The translations under genes and the position numbers were made by a program. 64,000 nucleotides of DNA from the NCBI GenBank assembly GCA_013265495.1, contig MU058065.1:10147720-10211719 (forward strand), written 5' to 3'. This document shows positions 38,272 to 49,830 of this stretch, piece by piece (position 1 is the stretch's first letter; each line of letters begins with the position of its first letter). Source of the DNA: Vicugna vicugna (taxonomy: Eukaryota). Under the pieces are notes generated by a model. That model ran no database searches. It was given only the letters and a program-made list of their open reading frames with translations, and was not told the origin of the DNA.

Positions 38272-40346
38272 CTATTAGTGAGGTCATTCAGCCTATCAGA
38301 AAAATACAAACTGAGATAAAAAATGTGTTTATGCCTGACCAATTTGGGGGTTATCTGGTTTGGCCACCAGTAATTCAAAGTAAGAAATATTTTGTGAATA
38401 ATATTTAGAAGAGGGAGCATTAAATGCTAAATGCTGGTATTGTCAATAATTAGATTTATGTCACATCTAAAAATACTGTATAACTCCAAATCCCTATGCA
38501 AACATAAGGTATAAGTCTCAGTTGATAATTTGTGAAAGTATACTAAACATTTTACGTTTCTTGGCAAAGTTCCTCAAGATCTACTGGAAAGTTACAACTG
38601 TATTTATTTTATTTTCATGGGTGTCATCACACTTTGAGCAGCTGTGACAATTTACTGTTGGAATAACTCCATCCCAAAATTATTACTGTAAATCGAAGTC
38701 CTATTTTTCAACCCCAAGTGTATTCTTAATATTAACAGTTGATAATTAATCTGTCCTTTGGAGAGACTCTGAACAGTTTTGAAGAGCGTTCTGTACATTT
38801 AATCAGGAGAACATTTTTCCTACAAATGCAGACAGTAAACTGTGACATTAATTGGATTGTGATAGTTTTTACTAATTGCTGATTCTATCTCCATATTGTT
38901 GCTTTTAAAGTACATTCTTTAATATTATAAGGATAGCATTTTTTTATTGCAATGTCTTCTCAAAAGCCCGAATTGAGAGAAAATAAAAGACACTTACAGA
39001 TGCAAAAGCAAAGAGTAAGTCATTAGAAACTGATCTCTTAAGGAGACAAATCCATATGAAATATTTCTTTTTGAAGTCTTTAAACAACCTGGTCATTTAT
39101 TATAATAACATTTACCTGTCTGGAGCATATACCTGTGAGTGCACACTGCTTCCTCTTACCAGTCTAGGCAACTGTAGTCTGTTTTTAGAGAGCGTGCTTT
39201 GGATATAGACAGCATATACCTACTACAGTTATCATTTCAGAATAGTACTACACCTTTAACTATCTTCATTTCATTTTGCTTAAATCATTACGATCTCTAA
39301 GCACTTTTACTTGATGTCCCCTTGCTGTTTCTTTTCCGTGCTGCCATGTGACTTAGGAAGTTAGGTGTACATTTGCAAAATTTCATTAAGTTATTTTATG
39401 TCATTGAAACAGATTTTCATAATCTATTCAATTTTTACTTGTGAGTGCTCCTTCCAAACCCATGCTGTTTATAGCAAACTAAACCATCAATCTCTTCATT
39501 AAGGTCTAAATTAAAATTTTGTCTCAGAAGATAATGGGAGGTTATGACAAGTTAATAAGTAGAGTAAAATGAGATAGTGAACAAGATATAATGTCATATT
39601 TAAACTTCCTGCATTAATAGGTTAAAGATGATTTTTCTGCGGTCTAAGAATTGAAACAAATTTTGATAAAAGTAAAATTAAAATTTGGTTAAATTATGCT
39701 TCTTATTCTCATGTAGGTAAACAATCATATATTAAATTCTGATACAACTTTGCAGTTTACAAGAGGAGGATTTATTTACCTGCATGCATCATATTAATGT
39801 TTGGTAATTTTCTTTTGTAGCTACTTTAAATGGTCATCAGTCACAAAATTGATAAGATTTTAATCCAGATGAGGTGTTTTGAGTCATTTAAGTACTTTAC
39901 TTTTTTGTAATCATGGTTTAGAAATATGCGAGAGATTTAGAAAATTGTCTTATTAAAATAATTGGATATAACTAAAAGGCACACACTACGACACCTTAAT
40001 AAGCCACTCAGATGTACATATTTGTGCCCACAAAGCAGAGAATATACTTTATTTAGAATAACTGAACTAATAATAGACCCTTCTGTAGGGTCTAATTACA
40101 GAAACTTGAGGGGTTTTTACTAAAGCAACACAGCAAACTTACAAACGGAGAAGTCATCCAAAGCTTGTCTTGAAGTTACCTCTGGGTAGATACGACCAAA
40201 ACAGGTTTTACTGGAGTCAACTGGAGCATGTGGGTTATATGGTTCAATCTAAATTATACATACACTGTTTCATTTATGCGTAACCATTTTAATAGTAAAT
40301 TATTTGGGCAGGAGTTAGTATCTCCTGGATATGAGCCAGAGAGAGA

Positions 40347-40583
40347 GTGATTATGATAATACATTCGGTTACTAAATAGGCTGAATACTTCCATGCTTGC
40401 AATGATACAGCTGTTAACGACAGTGGCTTTGCTAGTTAATCAGATGTTTTGCCGCTGGGGATTGCCCATGCGAATTGAATCTGACAGAGGCTTCTGCTTC
40501 ACCTCAAATGTAATGACACAAGTGTGTCACTTATTAAGGACTCCAGGAAAAATGCACACGGCATTCACCCTCAAGCAACTAGA
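40347..40583 (+). mobile_element. Fossil LTR-retroelement integrase core fragment (Ty3/Gypsy- or ERV-type)
   Basis: Reads [22 protein letters not shown], frameshift, [49 protein letters not shown], frameshift, HPQAT. This is colinear with the rve motifs VDxFTKWxEAF...TA...FxRxGxPxxIxSDxGxxFTS...YHPQ. Confidence 0.8.
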
Positions 40584-43299
40584 ACTCCTATCCAAGTTTC
40601 ATCCCCATTTATGGTATGATAATAAGTCATTCACTAATTGAGTAATGATTCAAGAGTGAATGCAAGTGCTTTGCATATTTAATAGCATATATTTTTCCTT
40701 TGTATAAGCTACAGTTTTGAGCTATTAGAATTTTAGTGTCTAAGAGCACAGACAGCACTATTTAAGAAACTGAGTTTAACTTGCTAGTATTTCCCAGCAG
40801 TAGAGATAAAAAACTCATTTGTAAGTCAAATGTGAACTATATTATCCATGTCTTCTCACTCATAGTGCCATGAGGTGGAAAAAAAAAATTCTGTGCTTAA
40901 ATCCACTTCAGATTATTTGAACTATTTTATATTTCAGTTGACTTTTCGTTTACTTTTTCTGAAAAATTGTGTCCGCTAATTAACCGGAGGGAGGCTCTAA
41001 GTAAACACGCTGTGACCTTTTTATATTGAGCAAGATTGTGTTCTTGGTGGTGTATCTGATGCATTGATTTTTTTCTAGCAAATTTCAAGGTTGTGAATAA
41101 AAAAAAAGACAGAAGCTGCATTTTGTGGGTTTGTACAAGAAACCAGATTCTCTCCCTCTTTCAGTAAGATCAGTCAGCTGCCAGAATATTGACTTTGTGT
41201 CGACGTAGGAGGTAGGTCTTGAGTTCAGGGCTGTCCTTAGGAAAGAACAGTTTGGGGGCAAGCAACATTTTGCTGTGGTACAGCATTTGTAAGGCCATGA
41301 TAATAAACGATAATCCACAGACATGAAAGCACCAGCTAAGGATTTGTTAATCATATGCAAATAGAAACAATTGTTTAAACATGCATTTGAAAATCAACAA
41401 GATTACTGTTCATTTTGAAAAATGAATCTCAATTCTCTTTATGACTAATGATAAATAATTGCCATGCTCAACACTTCAAATTTTAAAAGACGTTTGAAAT
41501 GAGACCAAGAATATATCAAAGAAACTGATTTCTACGTTTATAAGATATTAGTGATGAAATAAAGCATCTCAAAAATAGCCTTACAACGGTATAGGGCAAA
41601 TACCATCTACAAGATCGTTCCTCTTCTCCATCACTTAGATTGATTGCTGTTAGTGACCTGTTAGTCTCCTCTGGGTTTGCATTATTCACAGACTAAGACT
41701 TATGCAGACATAAGTAGGTCACCTTAATTACCTGTGGAAATAAGATGTACTTGTTAAAGTTTCACAGTGATAATTACTCTAAAATGCCAAAATAGTATAT
41801 GCAAACCTTGGAGGTACTGGCTGTAAATTATTGCACAAGCAAGATCAATCAAACCAAATGGATCATTGTTTTACCCAGTCCTCCAACGTTCCTCAACATC
41901 ATTCTTTCACCACAATAAAAACACAATCCTTATTGAGCAATGCATTGTGACCCATACCTTGTGAACTAGCTGTTAGGAATTTTTTCTTTTCTTTAAATTC
42001 CTTTGCAGTATTTAAGCAAATCAACAGACTATTGTAAGGAACAAAAAAGAGCTAATCACTTTTAAAAAAAAAATCTAAAGTAATAGCATGGAATCCTTCC
42101 TAATCAGCATGTTTTTTCCCTGAAGACATTTCTGTACCTGTCATTCTGTCATAGAAATGAAGTGAGGAAGATTAGAAAATGTATGGTCTTTTTAAACAGT
42201 GAGGGAAAGAAAAGTCGAAATGTTTTGCATTTTCGTATGAGTAGTTATAAAATACTTTATCTGTTCACCAATGTATTTAAGAGAATAACAACTCCAATGA
42301 GGATTCAAAACTCTTGTAGACACCTAATGAAATGTGATAAAGACCAAAAGTAACAACCAGTTTGAGTAACATTAGCACTTTTGGATTCTGAAAATTCTTC
42401 GAAAAATGTAATGGATTAATCTGTGAAACTGATGACTAATATTATATATCATTATTTTTAATAGGAGTAATGAATAAGAATTAATTTCTTCCACAAAAGT
42501 AACTGAGTATTTTAAAGACAATCAACCTTATATAATAGGAGAGATGGTTTTTATATTTGAATTATAACATATTTCCTGAATTTTATAGAGGTAAAAAAGC
42601 ATGAACTTTTTACAAAGAATTATGAACAAAACAGTTTATGAAAAGTTTTTTTTTTTTTACCTTGAAAGTGAATGGATTATAAGAATGCCAACTAGCAAGT
42701 GTTTAAAGACTAGTGGCTAGTGCAGGCATTCTGAATTGATCCACAGAGAGAGCTTCAAGAATGTTAGCTTTCTGATCCGAGATAGGAGACCACAGAATAT
42801 TTCAGCTGATGTTTTTCCCATATACTTGAGTTCTCATAATGACTACAGTCCCCAAACAGAGTTTTGTTGTTGCTCCTTCTCTTCTTTGTCTGGGTCTAAA
42901 CTGGTAGCGACATAACATGATTCTCCTAAAAGAATAAATTAAATAAGAATTGGTGTTGTGTTGGATGAATCTTAAGGAAAGAACACAATCTGGTTTCTGG
43001 AATTTTTCTATTTGAAAAGCCTCTTCGCACTCGGCCCTACTCAACAAAGAGTTTTGTACATATTTAACACTTCTTAAAACACTGTTCAGGTATTCTTTGC
43101 AAGTCTAAACTGTACTTTAAGTTCCGGTGGCCTTATTAATTTATTTCTTATAGCAATATCCATCACTTTAATAACTTCATGAGGCCAAATTAGTAACTTC
43201 CTAAGACTCTAATCCCAGTTGCTATCTTAAGCGTTAACACTTGTTCCAGAAAAGACAGAAGGGGAGCTGGACCGAATATCATCATTGGTGAGAAACTAC

Positions 43300-43480
43300 T
43301 CACTAACATTTCGCCAGCACTTACTCTATACTTCATTCATTTAACCTTATGAAGTTCATACTATCATTCTCATCGTTTTACCAATCATGAATCTGAGACT
43401 GAGAGACAAGAAATGTGTCCAAGGTTGCTCAGGTGGGGCTGGAATTTGACCTCAAGTCTCTCTGGTCTAATGTCTGTGCC
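43300..43480 (-). mobile_element. MIR fragment
   Basis: tcatttaacctt...gaatctgagactgagaga...tgtccaaggttgc...gggctggaatttgacctcaagtct. Confidence 0.65.
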
Positions 43481-43947
43481 TCCAAAGGCACCATTGTGTC
43501 AGCAGCGGTGCAAGGACAAAGACCCTCAGGCCGCCCACCAGCCATTTTTAGATACCTGATTGCTTGGGAAGCCAGGTGGAAGCCGTTGCTAAAGACTGGG
43601 AGAGGCCAGACCTTCTGTATTGTTCAGTATACTATCTTATTTTGCTGCTGTTCTTTATCATCCAGTGTGAGATCCCACCAAAGTGCTTAGAGAGGGCCCA
43701 CTGAGATGAAAATGTCACCAGTTTTAAGCTTACTAATACGATTTAATTTAGGTCTTACTCTTCGTAATTTGTTTGCTTGCTTCTGAATTTTTATGATCCA
43801 AAGCCAAGAATCAGTCAGATGTATCATCTGAGATTGTAGAATGGCTCACTGGAGTGTGTTGCTCCACTTTAGTGATATGATAGAGTTAACATACTTAATT
43901 TGATTCCTTGTATAGTGGTGGAATTTACTCATTAATTTCTTGAATTA

Positions 43948-44140
43948 TAATAATGACATATTTCTGCAGTGTTTTTATATACATTATCTCCTGTGAGCGT
44001 TTCAGCAATGTTATGAGGCAGGAATTATTATTTCCATTTTAGAGACAAGGGCTTTAAAGATGAGAGTGTTGACATGATTTGAACAAGATTATAAAACCAG
44101 TGAGTGGAACGCTGTGAACTGGGTCAAGTGCTTTTTCTAT
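43948..44140 (-). mobile_element. MIR fragment
   Basis: tatgaggcaggaattattatttccattttagaga, the MIR core read antisense. Confidence 0.65.
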
Positions 44141-44176
44141 GCCGACATAGCCCTTGTTACCCACTTACAAGTAGCG

Positions 44177-44322
44177 GGGTGTGATCAGTGCTTTCACATC
44201 CCTGGCCATGTGTGAAAAATCTCAAACCATAATCCAGATATATTGAATCATAATCTGCAGTGTTGGGATTTAAGCATCTGTATTTTCTGAAAACTACACT
44301 GTTCAGCATTGAGAACTCATTT
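44177..44322. mobile_element. MER5-like fragment
   Basis: ccagatatattgaatcataatctgc...gcatctgtatttt...ttgagaac. Confidence 0.5.
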
Positions 44323-44367
44323 TCTAAACAATACTCCTCTTTTTTATTTGTTAATTCATCTGTTTCC

Positions 44368-44527
44368 TTTTTTTTTTGTGGCAGAAGACACAGAACCATC
44401 TTAATCACTGTTAAGTGGACAGTTTAGAACTGTTAATATTGTGTCACAACGTTATACAACAGGTCCCTAGAACTTTTTCATCTTGCAAAACTAAAACGCT
44501 AAACTCATTAAACACTAGTCCCCCTCT
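44368..44527 (-). mobile_element. L1MA/L1MB-type 3' end fragment
   Basis: polyT followed by accatcttaa...ctagaactttttcatcttgcaaaact. Confidence 0.7.
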
Positions 44528-44537
44528 TTTTTTCCAT

Positions 44538-45960
44538 TATTTTATTTTGAAATAATTTTGAACTCACAGGAGGATGCAAGTACACTAATAAAAACTTTTT
44601 ACCCCTGAAGTATTTGAATTTAAGTTGCAGTATATTTTCTATGAACAAGGACATTTTCCTGCACAACCACAGCACAACCATCCAAGTCAGGAAATTAACA
44701 CTATAATGTTACTACTCTCAAATACACAAGCCCTGTTCAGGTTTCAGCAATTCTCCTAATAATGTCTTTTATCATAATAAGATCCAGTTGAGGATTCCAT
44801 GTTTTATTTAGTCATGCCTTTCGTTTCCTTCAGTTGGAAACAGTTCTTCAGTATTTCTTTGACGTTCATGGCCTTGACTCTTACAAACGCTATAGGCCGT
44901 TTTTTTTAGAGTTGATTTCAATTATGGATTTGTCTATTTTCCCTAAATTTTGAATCACATTACATCTTTCAAAAGAAACATAGAAATGATGCTGTATTCT
45001 TCTTTATGAATCCTACCAAATGGCATGTGATTTTGACTTGTCCTATTACCGATGATGTTAAATTTCATCACAAAATTAAGTGGTACTTTCTGAGTTTCTC
45101 CACTGTAAAGGTATACTTTAAAAATTTGTAATTAATAAGCATTTTCTGGGAGATAGTTTAAGCCAATATGTGTTTCCCATTTCTCATCATATTTTTACAT
45201 GCTAGTTTTAGCATCTGTTAATGTTACGATAATTACGATTATGGGAGTTTCCAAGTGGTGATTTTGTACATTAAATTTCACTTAACTTTTATTAGTTGGC
45301 ATTCTACTATAAGGGAGAGCTTTCACTTCTTTCTATTTATGTATTTGTTGTATTTATACCTCCATGTACTCATAGATTTCTGTTTTATTCAATGGGTTAT
45401 AATCTGTTAGTAGTAGTATTATTTCTTTGGTACTAAAGTTACCCCAGATTTGCCTGGAAGAAATTCTTTCAAGCTGACTTCTGAGTTCTTCTGAGATATT
45501 ACATTACTTTTGAGTCCTTCATTACGTTTTGCACAAGAACGTATTCCAAGTTATCCTGTCATTTCCGGAGCCATTCCTTGCCCTAACTTTGTAATCGGCA
45601 ACTTTTCAGTGAAGCTCTTGTTCCTTTTCATTAATTAAATGTTTGGAAACCAAGGTCTGGGCTCCAGGTGCACTCATAGCCCTGGGGAGGAGGTGGGTCA
45701 CTGTACCAGGTCTTCTCAGCAGGCACCTATTATATATAATTTTTTAATCTAAAATTTATGTATATTTTAAAATCTAAATTAAATATATATGTTTAAATCT
45801 CTTCATATATATATGTATATATAGAAAATTATGTGTTCATACCAATATTTCCAATGACAATTTACCACCACAGTATTTATTCAAGTTTTCTTTTTTTCCT
45901 ATAATGTTGCCTTTCTTCCTGAACAGTGAAAATCTCTTTTTAATATATTTACTTATTAGA
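44538..45960 (-). mobile_element. L1MC4/L1MC5-type 3' region
   Basis: tttattttgaaataatttt...aacaaggacattttcctgcacaaccacagcacaaccatc...tttctccactgtaaag...ggaaaccaaggtctggg. Confidence 0.7.
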
Positions 45961-46363
45961 AGAATCCTCCCGGGAGGTAGCCCATCTTCCATTGTCAGTG
46001 CTGCCTCCACCTCACCTTGCACAGATGCCGTTGTCAGCTCTGCTCAGGCCCCACCCCCAGCCCACACCACCTCACCTCCTTCCCCACATTAATCTCCACT
46101 TTTTTGGGTTCCACATAATAGCTTTGGGAGTAAATCTTTCTGGAAGGAGGAAAGGAAAAGAAAGAAGGAAGGAAGCAGAGAGGGAAGAAAAGAAACTAGT
46201 GAACAGTATCTTAAGAAGAGGATTTGTTTTTTAATCACACACCATATCTAAGTGACATTTAACTATTAGTCAATCAATACATATTATGTGAATGTGGAAA
46301 GAACAGAGGCATGAATAAAGGTTGTCATTTCTTACATAAAGCCTAAGAAATATTTCATAAATA

Positions 46364-48700
46364 CAGGCATACCTCCTTTCATTGTGCCTCTCTTTTTTGC
46401 ACTTTGCAGATATTACATTTTTTGCAAATTGAAGGTTTATGGTAACCCTGCTTCAATCAAGTCAATGGGCAATATTTTTCCAACAGCATTTACTCATTTC
46501 ATGTCTTTGTTTCACATTTTGATAATTCTTGCAATATTTCAAACTTTTTCAATACTATTATATTTTCCAGTGATGTATATTCAGTGATCTTTGACATTGC
46601 TATTATAATTGTTTTGATGTATCATGAACTGCACTCATAAAAGATGGTGAACTTAATTAATAAATGTTGTGTGTGTTTTCTGAATCCTCCACCATTGGGC
46701 TGTTACCCTGTCTCTCTCCACCCCTTTGGGATTCTCTATTCCCTGAGACACAACAATATTGAAATTAGGCTGGTTAATGACTCTACAATGGCCTCTAAGT
46801 GTTCAAGTGAAAGGAAGAGTCACATGTCTCTCACTTTACATCAGAAGCTAGAAACAATTAAGCTTAGTGAGAAAGGCATGTTGAAAGCCAGGATAGGCTG
46901 AAATCTAGGCCTCTTGCAGCAAACAGTTAGCCACGTTGTAAATGCAAAGAAAAAATTCTTGAAGGAAATTAAAAGTGCTACTCCAATGAACACACAGATG
47001 GTAAGAAAGAGAAACAGACTTAATGCTGATATGGAGAACATTTTAGTGGTCTAAAGAGAAGATCAAGCCAGTCGCAACTTTCCTTTAAGCCAAAGTCTAA
47101 TCCAGAGAAAGATCCTAACTCTCCTCAATTCTGTGAAGCCTGAGAGAGGTGAAAAAGCTACAGAAGAAACATTTGAAGCTAGCAGCATTTGTTCATGAGG
47201 TTTAAGGAAAGGAGCCATCTCCATAACATAAAAGGGCAAGGTGAAGCCCTAAGTGCTGATGGAGAAGCTGCAGCAAGTGGTTTACAAGATCTAGCTCAAA
47301 TAGTTAATTAAGATGGCTACATTAAGTGACAGATTTTTCAGTGTAGATAAAAAGGCCTTGGATTAGAAGGAGATGCCATTCAGGACTTTAATAGCTAGAG
47401 AGGAGAAGTCAATACCTGACTTCAAAGCTTCAAAGGACATACTGACTTCCTTGTTAAGGGCTGGTGATTTTATTTTGAAGCCAATGGTCATTTACTAACC
47501 CCCAAGTCCTTGGGCACTTAAGAATTACGCTAACTCTTTTCTGCCTGTGCTCTGTAGATGGAACAACAAAGCCCAGATGACAGCACATCTGTTTACAACA
47601 TGATTTACTGAGTACTTTAAGTCCACTGTTGAGGTCTACTGCTCAGAAAAAAAAGATTCCTTTCAAAATGTTACTGCTCACTGACAATGCACTTGGTTAC
47701 CCAAGAACTCTGATGGAGATGTACAAGATTAATGTTGTTTTCATGCCTGCTAACACACTATCAATTCTGCAGCCAGTGGATCAAGGAGAAACTTTGACTT
47801 TCAGTTTTATTCTTTACGGAACACATTTTGTAATGTTACAGCTGTCATAGACAGTGATTCCTTTGATGGATCTAGGAAAAGTAAATTGAAAACTTTCTGG
47901 AAAGAATTCACCATTCTGGATGCCATTAAAAACATTTGTGTTTCATGGGGAGCAGTCAAAAATATCAACTTAACATGAGTTTGGAAAAAGTTGATACCAA
48001 TCCTCATGGCTGACTTGGAGGGTTTCAAGACTTCAGTGGAGGAATTAATGCAGGAGTGGTGGAAATAGCAAGAGAATTAGCATTAGGAGTGGACCCTGAA
48101 GATGTGATTCAATTGCTGCAATCTCACAATAAAACTTTAATGGATGAAGAGTTGCTTCTTGTGGTTGAGCAATGAAAGTGGTTTCTTGAGATGGAATCTA
48201 ATCCTGCTGAAGATGCTGTGAAGATTGTTGAAATGACAACAGATTCAGTTGATAGAGCAGAAGTAGGGTTCGAGTGTATTGACAACAGTTTTGAAGGAAA
48301 TTCTACTGTGGGTAAAATGCTATTGAACACTGTTGCCTGCTACAGAGAAATTGTTTGTGAAAGGAAGCGTCAGTGGATATAGCAAGCTGTCTCATTTTAA
48401 GAAATTGCCACAGCCAACCCAACCTTCAGCAACCACCACCCTAATCAGTCAGCAGCCATCAACATTGATCAAGATCCTCCATCAGCAAAAGATTATGACT
48501 CACTTAAGGCTCAGATGATGGTGTGCATTTTTAGCAATAAGGTATTGCTCTTCCACATTTAATAGAATACTGTATAATAAATGTAGACATAACTTTTATG
48601 TGCACTGAGAAACCAAAAAATTTGTGACTTGTTTTATTGTGATAGTTGCTTTCTTGTGGAGATCTGGAACTGAATCCACAATACCTTGGAGGTATGCCTG
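46364..48700 (+). mobile_element. Tigger1 (TcMar-Tigger/pogo-like DNA transposon), near full length, transposase disrupted
   Basis: TIRs CAGGCATACCTC...GAGGTATGCCTG, flanked by TA at 46362-46363 and 48701-48702. Transposase remnant starts at ATG 46788 (MASKCSSERKSHMSLTL...), keeps LLLTDNA and LQPVDQG motifs, and has many stops and frameshifts. Confidence 0.97.
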
Positions 48701-49504
48701 TATTGATACTGTCCAAAAATATGATAATAACTTATAGTTTAAGATAACTTATTTCCAACACTAAACTGGAAATTTTCCAGTAACAATAAGAATTTAAAAT
48801 TTGAAAAAATGGAGGCAAGGTTGCTGACAGAAAGAACACAACAATATCTGGTGTTAAGTATCAAGTTGCTTAAATGTCTTTAATGCATATTTGGAGGAAA
48901 TTTCTGAGTCTCTCCTCTTTTCTCTTTTTTCCTTCCCACTTTGCTCAGTTGAATAATTACAACCTTTATCTTCACAATATATTTTTTGGAGGATAAATAG
49001 TTCAAAGAATTGAGCTGTATTCTTCACTCAATGATTATATGAGATTGAAAAATGAATTTCATATTTAAATATTGATCTATTAATTTATGAAAGGGTATTA
49101 GAAGTACTTTTAGTGTTTCCAAGTGCTTCCTAAGTACAAAATGTCTCACTTCAGAGCTAAATGATCTGAATTCTAAATGTACATAAAGTCTTAAAAAATT
49201 ATCCATTGTTATTATTTATTTAGACTCTCCAATCACCTTTTAAGTACACTTACTGGATTTAATGGTCAGTTTTTAGCACTTTTATCAATAGCATTCCTAC
49301 TCAGTTGAATGTTTATTCTGATAACTTCTTTTCTGACCTAAGAAATCGAATAATTCCCATGAGCTTGCCAAAGTTTCCTCAAAAATTAATATTTTTGAGT
49401 CCTATATCCTCTGACTGTATTTTACTTTGAAAGCTGCACATTAGCATTACCTAGGTTTGGAAATATCTGTTGAAATCCATAAGAACAAAGACACATCTAT
49501 TAAA

Positions 49505-49830
49505 ATGCACATGAACAAGAAGTATAGAAAGCACAGATGTAATAATGTTGACGGAAAGGAGCCACACACAGGAACCAGTGCTATGTGATTTCATTTATAT
49601 AATGCACAAATACAGGTAAAGCTAATCTACGCAGTTAGTTGGATGTGGGATTGTAAAGGCAGTGACTGGAAAGGAGCAGAAGGAAGCTTCCTGGAGGGCT
49701 GGTAATTTTCTAGTGCTTATTCTGAAGGCTGATTGCAAGGATGCCTGTCTGTGAAAATTCAATAAACTGCGTTTGCAATGCCTGTACTTGTGTTTGGTAT
49801 GTTATCCTTCAGTAACAAATTTTTAAAAAG
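49505..49830 (+). mobile_element. L1ME-type 3' end
   Basis: tgtgatttcatttatataa...acaggtaaagctaatcta...gactggaaaggagca...tgtgaaaattca. Confidence 0.7.

Noticed and set aside
38187..38408. ORF with poly-Gly (and antisense poly-Thr ORF)
   Set aside because: Produced by a (GGT)n microsatellite; no other coding signal.
40393..40641. 82-aa ORF as a functional domesticated integrase gene
   Set aside because: Homology enters and leaves this frame through frameshifts, there is an upstream stop at a conserved Trp, and two of the three catalytic residues are not present.
46788..48380. Active or domesticated Tigger transposase
   Set aside because: Numerous in-frame stops and frameshifts split it into short ORFs.
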